DNA of 29,058 nt from Bdellovibrionota bacterium (lineage in GTDB: Bacteria; Bdellovibrionota_C; UBA2361; CALJRW01): NCBI GenBank assembly GCA_041740355.1, contig JBGSMD010000018.1, positions 1 to 29,058 on the forward strand, read 5' to 3'. Below are positions 9,719 through 17,638 of this stretch, piece by piece. Below the pieces are notes generated by a model. That model did no database searches. It was not told the origin of the DNA and saw only the letters and a list, made by a program, of their open reading frames with translations. Both the position numbers and the translations under genes were made by a program. Numbering within the stretch: position 1 is the stretch's first letter; every line of letters starts with the position of its first letter.

Positions 9719-10177
9719 ATGCTTAAACAATTATCACCTAAAATTATATTCATTTCCTTGTTAATACTTAGCTCTTGCGTCGCTGCCCGTGACCACGTCG
9801 AAGATGTATCAGGAGTAGGCGGCAAATTAACTGTTGGTACTGTCCAAAGAGAAATTAAAGTCGGCATGTCGGGATCTGAAGTTGCGACGGTACTTGGTTC
9901 TCCAAATATTGTTTCGACTGATGAAAATCGTAATGAGGTATGGATTTATGATAAAATTGCCACAACAAAGGCTTATTCCACAAGTGCTGGTGGTGTGGCT
10001 GGTCTATTTTTGGGAGTAGACCCAACTGGCGGTGCTGGAGTTGGCGGCGCTGGATTTGGATCATACAATAAGAATGCTGGTGCAACTTCAAGTTCCCAAC
10101 AAACTCTTACTGTGATTATTAAGTTTGATTCATCAAAAAGAGTCCGTGACTTTGCATATAACACAGCTAGGTTTTAA
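9719..10177 (+). CDS. SmpA/OmlA (BamE-like) lipoprotein with Gly-rich insertion
   Basis: Lipobox LSSC; IKVGMSGSEVATVLGSPN, EVWIYD, LTVIIKFD..V motifs. Confidence 0.82.
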   Translation: MLKQLSPKIIFISLLILSSCVAARDHVEDVSGVGGKLTVGTVQREIKVGMSGSEVATVLGSPNIVSTDENRNEVWIYDKIATTKAYSTSAGGVAGLFLGVDPTGGAGVGGAGFGSYNKNAGATSSSQQTLTVIIKFDSSKRVRDFAYNTARF

Positions 10178-10191
10178 GATTATCTATTGGG

Positions 10192-10746
10192 ATGTTCCTG
10201 CGTAAAATTAAAACCATTACTTTGATTATATTCTTACTTGCCAGTGCTTGTACTCAGTATATTCCTAAACAACTTTTAGAACTTAGCGAATCAAATTTAG
10301 AAATTCGTTCTAGACAAACTAGGGTTTTTCAAACAAATAATGAAGCTGAAGTACTTTCATCAGGCCTTGCCGTATTACAAGACATGGGATTTGCACTAGA
10401 AGAATCGGCTTCAAAACTAGGATTGTTAGTAGCTAGTAAGACAGCTGATGCCCAGAAAACTTGGGAAATATTTGGCTCAATTATGATTGGAGCTTTAGCG
10501 TCATATGGGAACTCGGGTTATAGCAATGAGCATACTTATGATGTTGAGCAAAAGATTCGCGTTGCTTTTGTATCTACTCGGAGTAAACAAAGGGGGGGCT
10601 ATGCTGTTCGCGTTACTTTCCAAAGAATAATCTTAAATAACCTGGGTCAAATTACTAAGAGCGAAGCAATTGATGATCCAAAAATTTATCAACAGTTTTT
10701 TCAACAACTATCTAGCGCGCTATTTCTAGAGGCAAATCAATTATGA
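10192..10746 (+). CDS. Lipoprotein of unknown function (paralog of the next gene)
   Basis: Lipobox ASAC; QTRVF..LQDMGF..LGLLVASK..YQQFF. Confidence 0.82.
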   Translation: MFLRKIKTITLIIFLLASACTQYIPKQLLELSESNLEIRSRQTRVFQTNNEAEVLSSGLAVLQDMGFALEESASKLGLLVASKTADAQKTWEIFGSIMIGALASYGNSGYSNEHTYDVEQKIRVAFVSTRSKQRGGYAVRVTFQRIILNNLGQITKSEAIDDPKIYQQFFQQLSSALFLEANQL

Positions 10747-11165
10747 AAAAATTTATTGTTCTTTTCGTGATCTTTAATTTAATGGGCTGTGCTGAAATGT
10801 TTCAAGAACGAAATGACTTCCTTGACTCTGAACAAACACAGTTACAACTTCGTCAAATGCAGTCGCGTAGTTTTGACACAAAAGACTTAGTTGAAGTGCA
10901 AAGAGCGGTAATATCCACACTTCAAGACTTGGGATTTGTAATGAATCGTGTCGATGCCGATTTGGGGGTAGTATCAGCAACAAAGCTTGATGGCTATCAT
11001 TTAGTGATGTCTGTTACCAGTAGACTTTCTCCACAGAAACGACAAGTTAGTGTTCGTGCAAATGCTAATTATCAAACTACACCAATTGTAGATCCTCTAT
11101 TTTACCAAACTTTTTTTAATGCTTTGCAAAAATCATTATTTTTAACTGCTAACAATATCGATTAG
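10743..11165 (+). CDS. Lipoprotein of unknown function (paralog of the previous gene)
   Basis: Lipobox LMGC; QSRSF..LQDLGF..LGVVSATK..YQTFF; ATGA overlap with previous gene. Confidence 0.82.
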   Translation: MKKFIVLFVIFNLMGCAEMFQERNDFLDSEQTQLQLRQMQSRSFDTKDLVEVQRAVISTLQDLGFVMNRVDADLGVVSATKLDGYHLVMSVTSRLSPQKRQVSVRANANYQTTPIVDPLFYQTFFNALQKSLFLTANNID

Positions 11166-11175
11166 ATTTTATTTA

Positions 11176-11404
11176 TATAGTAGTGACAAAAAATAATTTG
11201 CTGCCTGCCTAGCCGAAGCTTCAGCGAAGGCTGGTTAGTAAATTGCACAGAGTCATTACGGCTAAAGCAAATTTTGCTTTCCTTTCAGGCCAAAGCAAAA
11301 GCTACGGCGGATATCCAAGATTGCATAGCTAAAAACAACATAAATAGTGAGTCCAAGCAAAATCGTTTGTCTTATATAGTAATTTATTTTTTGGACTCAC
11401 TATA
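11176..11404. mobile_element. MITE copy 2 (229 bp, TATAG...CTATA, TA target), carrying a REP-like insertion
   Basis: Imperfect TIRs tatagtagtgacaaaaaataatttg / gtaatttattttttggactcactata; homologous to 1-139 and 12797-12991. Confidence 0.88.
11204..11234. repeat. GC-rich REP-like palindrome nested in the MITE
   Basis: cctgcctagccgaagcttcagcgaaggctgg, absent at the equivalent position of copy 3. Confidence 0.7.
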
Positions 11405-12038
11405 ATAATTCATTCAAAGTGTTACTTACCTCACTCGCAGTCGGACGTTTTCTAGGAGAAGTTGATAAACAACTCTCCACTAAATCCTTTAACTTTTTAG
11501 GATAACGAGTACTGCTAAGTAGTGCATTGCTACTTCTTGCCCCTGTAATTGTGTAAAAGATGACTGCTCCAAGTGAATAAATGTCTGATTTCATGCAGGC
11601 AAAGGGACGTTGTCCAAGGTACTTTTCGGGGGCAATAAAAAACTTAGATCCCCTGAGGCTCCTTTGATGCTTTAACCCTACTCCAATTTGAAATGCATCC
11701 TGAAAATCAATAATCACAGGAGCTCGCTTTCTTCCACGTAGCATAATATTACGATCTGACAACTCATTATGCACAATCTCATGTTCATGTAATACAGTTA
11801 AAACTGAAGCTACTCCTAGTGAAATCTCTAGACACTTAGAATACTTTCGTATTTGTCTTTCCCTAAAATCATATAAAGTTAAACCTCGTATTTTCTCTAA
11901 AATGATTTTCCCATCGCGATCATTAAAACCAATTATTTTTGGCAATCCGGAATGAGCAGGTAGTTGATCTAAAATTCTTTTTTCATTTTTATATAGGTTT
12001 CTATCTTGATGGGGAGTCTTAATGAAAACATCTGTCAT
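11400..12038 (-). CDS. Hanks-type Ser/Thr kinase-like protein with degenerate motifs (possible pseudokinase)
   Basis: VFIK, NE (helix C), VHNELSDRNIML, IIDFQ, IAPE, SDIYSLG, RKRP. Confidence 0.82.
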   Translation of the reverse strand: MTDVFIKTPHQDRNLYKNEKRILDQLPAHSGLPKIIGFNDRDGKIILEKIRGLTLYDFRERQIRKYSKCLEISLGVASVLTVLHEHEIVHNELSDRNIMLRGRKRAPVIIDFQDAFQIGVGLKHQRSLRGSKFFIAPEKYLGQRPFACMKSDIYSLGAVIFYTITGARSSNALLSSTRYPKKLKDLVESCLSTSPRKRPTASEVSNTLNELL

Positions 12039-12151
12039 AAGTCTAATTTAGAAGAATCCGATAAGTCAAAAGTAATACCTTTAATTGAAGATTAAAAAAT
12101 AACAAGTTATTGAGTCTTAATCAATTTTTCTAATAATTGTAAAACCGATCA

Positions 12152-12568
12152 CTAATTAATATCTAGGATCTCCATTTCTACCTGCTGAACTCCAGAAATC
12201 GCCAGCTTTGTTGCAGCGGCATTGGAAATATCTAATTCTCGTCCACGAATAAATGGTCCCCGATCGTTGATTTTTACTATTACAATTTTTGAGTTTTTTG
12301 GATTTTTCACTTTAACCATCGTACCGAAAGGTAATGTCTTGTGTGCACAGGTCAGCTTGCTCGGATCATAAATCTCTCCGCTAGCAGTGCGATTCCCCGC
12401 AAGTTTTGTGCTGTAATGTGAAGTGACTACTAGTTGAGGAGAACTTTCGATTGTAGCAATAATTGGTGTAACGCCTGCTGGTTTAGGCATAACAGAGCAA
12501 GAATAAAAAAAGAGTGAATTAATCGCAATTAATGCAAAGCTTCTTTTGGTATTAATCAAACCGGACAT
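12152..12568 (-). CDS. rlpA: Septal ring lytic transglycosylase RlpA-family lipoprotein (DPBB domain)
   Basis: RTASGEIYD, AHKTLPFGT, INDRGPF, RELDIS; lipobox FYSC favours start 12568 over 12637. Confidence 0.9.
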   Translation of the reverse strand: MSGLINTKRSFALIAINSLFFYSCSVMPKPAGVTPIIATIESSPQLVVTSHYSTKLAGNRTASGEIYDPSKLTCAHKTLPFGTMVKVKNPKNSKIVIVKINDRGPFIRGRELDISNAAATKLAISGVQQVEMEILDIN

Positions 12569-12796
12569 AAATATTACAAGAAAAAATAAAAAACCTAGAA
12601 GATCCGTATTTTTACTTGTTGAAATTACTTTTGACAAATAATGTAGTGAAATAAGGTTTAAATGCTAATAAATTGCTTATTTTTAATATTTTTGATGTCC
12701 CTAGTCTCGTACTTTAATCAAGTCGGAAAAGGGATCGAATTTATCCTGATAATTTTTAAACTGATAACTTCTTCAATTACATTGAAAGAATTATTA

Positions 12797-12991
12797 TATA
12801 GTGATGACAAAATAAATTTACCTTAGTAAATTGAGCAGAGTCATTACAGCTCATGTAAATTTGCATCACTGTCGCTCCAAAGAAAAAACAACAGCGGATA
12901 TCCAAGTTTGCATATCTAAAAACAACATAAATAGTTGCTCCAAGCAAAATCCTTAGTCTTTAAAAGTAATTTATTTTTTGGACTCACTATA
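12797..12991. mobile_element. MITE copy 3 (195 bp)
   Basis: tatagtgatgacaaaataaattt ... gtaatttattttttggactcactata; homologous interior. Confidence 0.88.
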
Positions 12992-13009
12992 AGCCCTTCC
13001 AGATAATCA

Positions 13010-13927
13010 ATGATTAAGTCACTTCTATTAAAAATACACGGAAATATTTTTTATCTTCTGCCAATCGCTTTTATTCTAGGTCTCCTTGCTCCTGGTGCCG
13101 ACTATCCAGGTTCTATCGCATTAAAAATAATTGTCTCCCTAATAATTTTCCTTTCCTGCTTCAAAGTTAACCTTAAACATTTAAGTCTTGAAAATATATT
13201 ACTGGCATTCAAGTTTTGGCTCTCGAGGTTTATCCTCCTACCAATAATCCTTTTTCTGATTGCGAATTATTTCTTACCTGAATTAGCTCCGGCAATTTTA
13301 ATTCTTAGTCTCGCTCCTGCCGGTGTATCTTCTATTGCCCTCGCTAGTATCTTTGGAGGAAACATTACCCTTTGTTTTATTTTAGTAATTATTTCCAGTT
13401 TATCCGCTCCATTTATCTATACTAGCTGTTCAGCATTATTACTTTCCAGTCAGATTGATCTTAATATTGCCGGGATGTTGCTGGAATTATCTATAATTAT
13501 TTTTTCTCCAATTATCTTTTTTTTAATTTTATCAAAAATTAAACCCTTAAACGTCTTTGTTAACAATTATGGCTCTATCTGGAGCACTTACTTAATATCT
13601 TTACTATTGCTTTTTGCTATCGCCATGCAACGGGAGGCCTTTGACTTTAGTTCAAAGCTAATCCTAGATTTAGCAATTCTGACGATTCTCTATATTTCTT
13701 ACTATCTATTTGGGTTTATATTTTCTAAAGTCAAAAATGATCAACAGTTATCTTTAGCTATCTGCTCAGGAGCAAATAATAATGCCTTAGCAATTACTAT
13801 CGCTGCTTCGTTTTTTGCATCAACAGAATTAAGATTTAATGTACTCTCAGAGATATTATGGTTTGCTGGAGTAATATTTTTTCCAAAGGCATTAAACTTA
13901 TTAAAAAGAGATAAACAAAGTAGTTAA
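13010..13927 (+). CDS. Bile acid:sodium symporter (SBF/BASS) family transporter
   Basis: About 10 TM helices; LAPAGVSS..FGGN and SGANNNALAI motifs. Confidence 0.8.
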   Translation: MIKSLLLKIHGNIFYLLPIAFILGLLAPGADYPGSIALKIIVSLIIFLSCFKVNLKHLSLENILLAFKFWLSRFILLPIILFLIANYFLPELAPAILILSLAPAGVSSIALASIFGGNITLCFILVIISSLSAPFIYTSCSALLLSSQIDLNIAGMLLELSIIIFSPIIFFLILSKIKPLNVFVNNYGSIWSTYLISLLLLFAIAMQREAFDFSSKLILDLAILTILYISYYLFGFIFSKVKNDQQLSLAICSGANNNALAITIAASFFASTELRFNVLSEILWFAGVIFFPKALNLLKRDKQSS

Positions 13928-14267
13928 AAATTTATTTGTCTTAAGAAAATTATTACTCTGAATTACTTAATTAATTCATAAACTGAATACAAATTCTTTA
14001 AATCCATTTTTAATTCACAGCCTGATTTTTTTGATCCAGAATTCGCGGTACCCAATTGTACGATAGATCCAGTAAATTCACTTTTAAGTACTTCCTTCTT
14101 AATCTTAATTCCGACCCTAACGAAAACTGATTTTACAAGTATAATTAGGTACTTAGGCTAGTAACTAAGTGTCCGACTCTAGGGATTTGAAGATAAATAG
14201 TCCTTAAGCAATCATTTTATTAGTCGATACTTAAAGTAATAATTTAATATTTTCGCAAATCCTGCTT

Positions 14268-16088
14268 ATGGGTTCACGACAAGATCCAACTACTAAACTG
14301 GACCATGATCCACCTATCAAATTGTATCGGCTGGGAATTCGGACAGGAATTAAAGTTGATCCACGCACCGCCAAGGTGATTAGAACTCTTGCCGCCGTTA
14401 TTGTTGTTGGTAGTACTACCTATGCAGGAATTAAAGCAATTAATCAGGGAATGGAGAAACTGGCAAATTTATTAGAGCCATCAGCTGCTAAGGTCACCGA
14501 ATTGAAACAGCAAAAACTAATTGATGCTCCAAGGCATAATTATCAAGTAGATTTTAAAGCTATTAAATTACAAGGCAAGACTCCAACAGGTGATTCAATA
14601 CTGATGTGCGGGTTAAAACATCAAGGTCATAATCTAGAATTAATTACCGGTGTTCATTTCATGGAAATGAGCAATGAAGCAAGACGTTATGGAATTGACT
14701 TCAAGATTACTGCGGTTCAAGGATCGTTAAATAATGCTCTACAAATTGAAGGTAATGAGGCAATTGCTTGGGTTAAACAACAAGGTCTTCTTTTTGGATT
14801 TACTTCATTAAAGGATAAAGCTGGGCAAGAGGTACAAAAAGGATTGTTTGAATTTAATCGTGATCAGGCAACTAAAGATTACTTAAGTCTAGCAGATAAT
14901 TTAAGACCTACTCATGCCAAAGGATCTGTTTTTGGTATTCTTCAACAACTGAAAATGCCAGATAGTGGGATAACAATTCCATTTGAGAATAAAGATTTTA
15001 CGGACTACTTTACTTCTGCCGGTCTTGTGCATGGCTTTGTTCCACAAAACTTTAAAGTTAACCAACCAGAGACAAGTTATACCTACGTTTATGACTCTAA
15101 ATTAGCACATAAACTTTTATCAGATTTAAGCAGTGAAGGAGTAAATTCATTTAAATTTTGTAAACTTCAAGGCACACTTTGGAATACAATTGAAAATCAA
15201 TACCCATACTTGTCCTCGCAACAGGTTGGAAGAACTGTTGACTTAGCACTTAAAATAAATAAATTGCTAGATCCTAGTTTTAATCCCACTAAATTACAAT
15301 TAAAATCACAGCTAGTTATTCCCGATCTTCAATCTTCTGAAACGCAACTGCTCTTATCCAAAGCAGTTCCAACTAATCAAATTGATCAAGTACCTACAGT
15401 TACTAATGCTAAAAAGCATTCCAAAGTTACAGAAGTAATGAATGCTGCTAATCTGTCCAAACTTGCAGTAACAGATGATGGATTATATTTAATTAAAACT
15501 TTCGAAGCATTTCGAGAAGCTCGTTATCTCTGCCAAGGTGGGGTTCCAACTATTGGCTATGGTTGCACAAGGCCTAATATCGTTAATGGTCCGGAATTAA
15601 GTGAGCCTCAAGCCGTTGCCGTACTCAGTCAGGATTTAGATAAGCACGTGAAACGAGTTAAGCAAATTGTTAAAGACAAAGTTCTGGCAGAACTTACTCC
15701 TAATCAATTTGCAGCTCTGGTATCTTTTGATTTTAATACTGGTGCACTTGATAAATCGACACTCTGTGCTGAACTTAATAAAGGAAACATGAACATTGGA
15801 GCCTATCTTTGTCTCTTTAATAAGGTTCGTGAAAATGGATCTGGTGAGCATGTTTTTAGTAAAGGTTTATTTCGAAGAAGGTTATCTGAGATGCTTCTTT
15901 ATTATGGTGCTAAAGGAGCAGATTCCTACATTACACCAGATTCTTACGATCAATGGGCGAAAGAGTTAGCTTTTGACCCTGATGTAAAATTTAAAGATAA
16001 AAATCAAGAAAAAGTATTTGTTGCTTCGATGATTGGAAAAGCTCAACAAGAAAGAATTAAAAATTTAGAGCAGTTAGTTAAAAATTAA
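14268..16088 (+). CDS. Membrane-anchored multidomain GH24 (phage-type) lysozyme with a LysM-like domain
   Basis: N-terminal TM; GTLW...N..P.KL...QLVIP (LysM-like); LIKTFE-x8-C-x5-TIGYG, NQFAALVSF.FNTG, GLFRRR.SE. Confidence 0.82.
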   Translation: MGSRQDPTTKLDHDPPIKLYRLGIRTGIKVDPRTAKVIRTLAAVIVVGSTTYAGIKAINQGMEKLANLLEPSAAKVTELKQQKLIDAPRHNYQVDFKAIKLQGKTPTGDSILMCGLKHQGHNLELITGVHFMEMSNEARRYGIDFKITAVQGSLNNALQIEGNEAIAWVKQQGLLFGFTSLKDKAGQEVQKGLFEFNRDQATKDYLSLADNLRPTHAKGSVFGILQQLKMPDSGITIPFENKDFTDYFTSAGLVHGFVPQNFKVNQPETSYTYVYDSKLAHKLLSDLSSEGVNSFKFCKLQGTLWNTIENQYPYLSSQQVGRTVDLALKINKLLDPSFNPTKLQLKSQLVIPDLQSSETQLLLSKAVPTNQIDQVPTVTNAKKHSKVTEVMNAANLSKLAVTDDGLYLIKTFEAFREARYLCQGGVPTIGYGCTRPNIVNGPELSEPQAVAVLSQDLDKHVKRVKQIVKDKVLAELTPNQFAALVSFDFNTGALDKSTLCAELNKGNMNIGAYLCLFNKVRENGSGEHVFSKGLFRRRLSEMLLYYGAKGADSYITPDSYDQWAKELAFDPDVKFKDKNQEKVFVASMIGKAQQERIKNLEQLVKN

Positions 16089-16138
16089 TTTGTAAAAAAT
16101 ACTTACTTCCTCTCGTCCATGATGTATTAGCTCCTATT

Positions 16139-16882
16139 ATGTCTTCAACTATCTCAAGTCGCCAACTTTTAAAGTCTTACCCGCTGGGACAACGACCAGT
16201 AATGTACCAACGTTGGGAAGATCTATTATTCTTACATTGGGAAGTATCTCCTGAATTGATTCAATCAACCTTGCCACTAGGATTAAAGGTAGATACGTTT
16301 AATACGAAAGCCTATATTGGCATAGTGCCATTCTTTATGCAGGCTGTACGTCCAGCATATCTTCCAGCAGTTCCTCATCTATCATATTTTCAGGAACTAA
16401 ATGTCCGTACCTATGTAACCAATCAGGATGGAATTCCTGGGGTATGGTTTTATTCACTTGATGCCAATCGTATTCTTGCCGTTCAAATTGCCCGCCGATT
16501 ATTTTCATTAAATTATTTTCAAGCAAGTATGCAGGCACGCAGATCGTCTGTGATTAATTATTCCGCACTACGTCGGGATCAAAGCTTGTCAGCAAATTAC
16601 ATATACTCTCCCGGTGAAATCTTAGATTCACCAACTCCTGCTTCACTAGAATCATTCTTATTAGATCGCTATCTGTTGTATTCGTATAACACTAAACAAA
16701 ATAAGCTTTTTCAAGGTCGCGTCTGGCATCAACCCTATAGATTAAGAAAAGTAGTCTTAAATTCTTATAGTGATGCCCCGATGGTCTGGAATGGTCAACA
16801 AAGATTTGAAAGATCACCTGATCATATCTGCATGTCAGCAGATGTTGCAGTTAAAATTTTTAAAATTCAAAATGTCTGCTAG
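16139..16882 (+). CDS. yqjF: YqjF/DUF2071 family protein
   Basis: MYQRWEDLLFLHW, IGIVPF.M, ELNVRTYV, GVWFYSLDA, FLLDRY. Confidence 0.9.
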   Translation: MSSTISSRQLLKSYPLGQRPVMYQRWEDLLFLHWEVSPELIQSTLPLGLKVDTFNTKAYIGIVPFFMQAVRPAYLPAVPHLSYFQELNVRTYVTNQDGIPGVWFYSLDANRILAVQIARRLFSLNYFQASMQARRSSVINYSALRRDQSLSANYIYSPGEILDSPTPASLESFLLDRYLLYSYNTKQNKLFQGRVWHQPYRLRKVVLNSYSDAPMVWNGQQRFERSPDHICMSADVAVKIFKIQNVC

Positions 16883-16897
16883 TTTAAAAGGGGAACT

Positions 16898-17446
16898 TTA
16901 ATCAAAGTTAGTCAATTTGGCATAGCTACTTGCAATAAAAGTATAAAGGACTCCAAGCTGAGTACGTTCTAATTTCAATGGTAATAATATCGGCAAGGCA
17001 TGTTCTAATAAAAACTCTTCTCTTGGAGTTTGCAGTGTGGCATGTCGCCTAAATGCAAATTTTAAATCAGTACGAGTATGACAAGGTAATTCATTATGTT
17101 TTTGATCAATTTGCACAGAAATTTTCTCCAGAAGGTTAGGAAGCATTTTTTTAAGCCAACAATCAGAACAAATTTTTAAAATTTTCTCTTGATCCTTGCT
17201 GCTCCAAATTTTTTCCCGAAGAACCTCCTGAGCTTTAAGCGTCAAAGTATCATATTCAATTCGACTCTTTGGAGTTTCTAAAAGTAGCGCAATCATTGAG
17301 TGACGTAGTCTAATTATATCTAATATATTGCATTGTTGATCCAGTGGATCCGAATGATACTCTGCTAATATTTGATTTAACACTTTAGTATCAATAATCT
17401 CTAGACGAGACTCCTGATGTTGATAGACTGGTTCAGAATTAGGCAT
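16898..17446 (-). CDS. Hypothetical protein
   Basis: 182 aa ORF filling the gap between genes; no recognised motif. Confidence 0.6.
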   Translation of the reverse strand: MPNSEPVYQHQESRLEIIDTKVLNQILAEYHSDPLDQQCNILDIIRLRHSMIALLLETPKSRIEYDTLTLKAQEVLREKIWSSKDQEKILKICSDCWLKKMLPNLLEKISVQIDQKHNELPCHTRTDLKFAFRRHATLQTPREEFLLEHALPILLPLKLERTQLGVLYTFIASSYAKLTNFD

Positions 17447-17578
17447 GCCTCAGATCTTAGCAAAGAATAGTTCTTAAGCAATCAGTACCAGAGTTTACAG
17501 AACAAAGTTAGCTACCATTCATTGTAGCCTTCAAAATTAGTGATCCTAACTACAATAACTTCGTTTGAAATTTTTTCT

Positions 17579-17607
17579 TTGCATAGTAACTCAATTTTCA
17601 CTAGAAT
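17579..17607 (+). promoter_or_regulatory. Putative sigma70 promoter for the ankyrin gene
   Basis: TTGCAT-N17-TAGAAT, 31 bp upstream of start 17639. Confidence 0.45.
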
Positions 17608-17638
17608 GTTTAAGAATTTAGTTGTTTAGGCTGTACTC

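Noticed and set aside
1-12991. Repeats as a CRISPR array
   Set aside because: Copies are dispersed, about 200 bp long, with no regular spacers and no cas genes
14204-14230. Sigma28-like TTAA-N15-GTCGATAC upstream of the lysozyme gene
   Set aside because: Single imperfect match in AT-rich DNA, not repeated at other genes here
14268-16088. Prophage inferred from the GH24 lysozyme
   Set aside because: No holin, structural, terminase or integrase genes nearby
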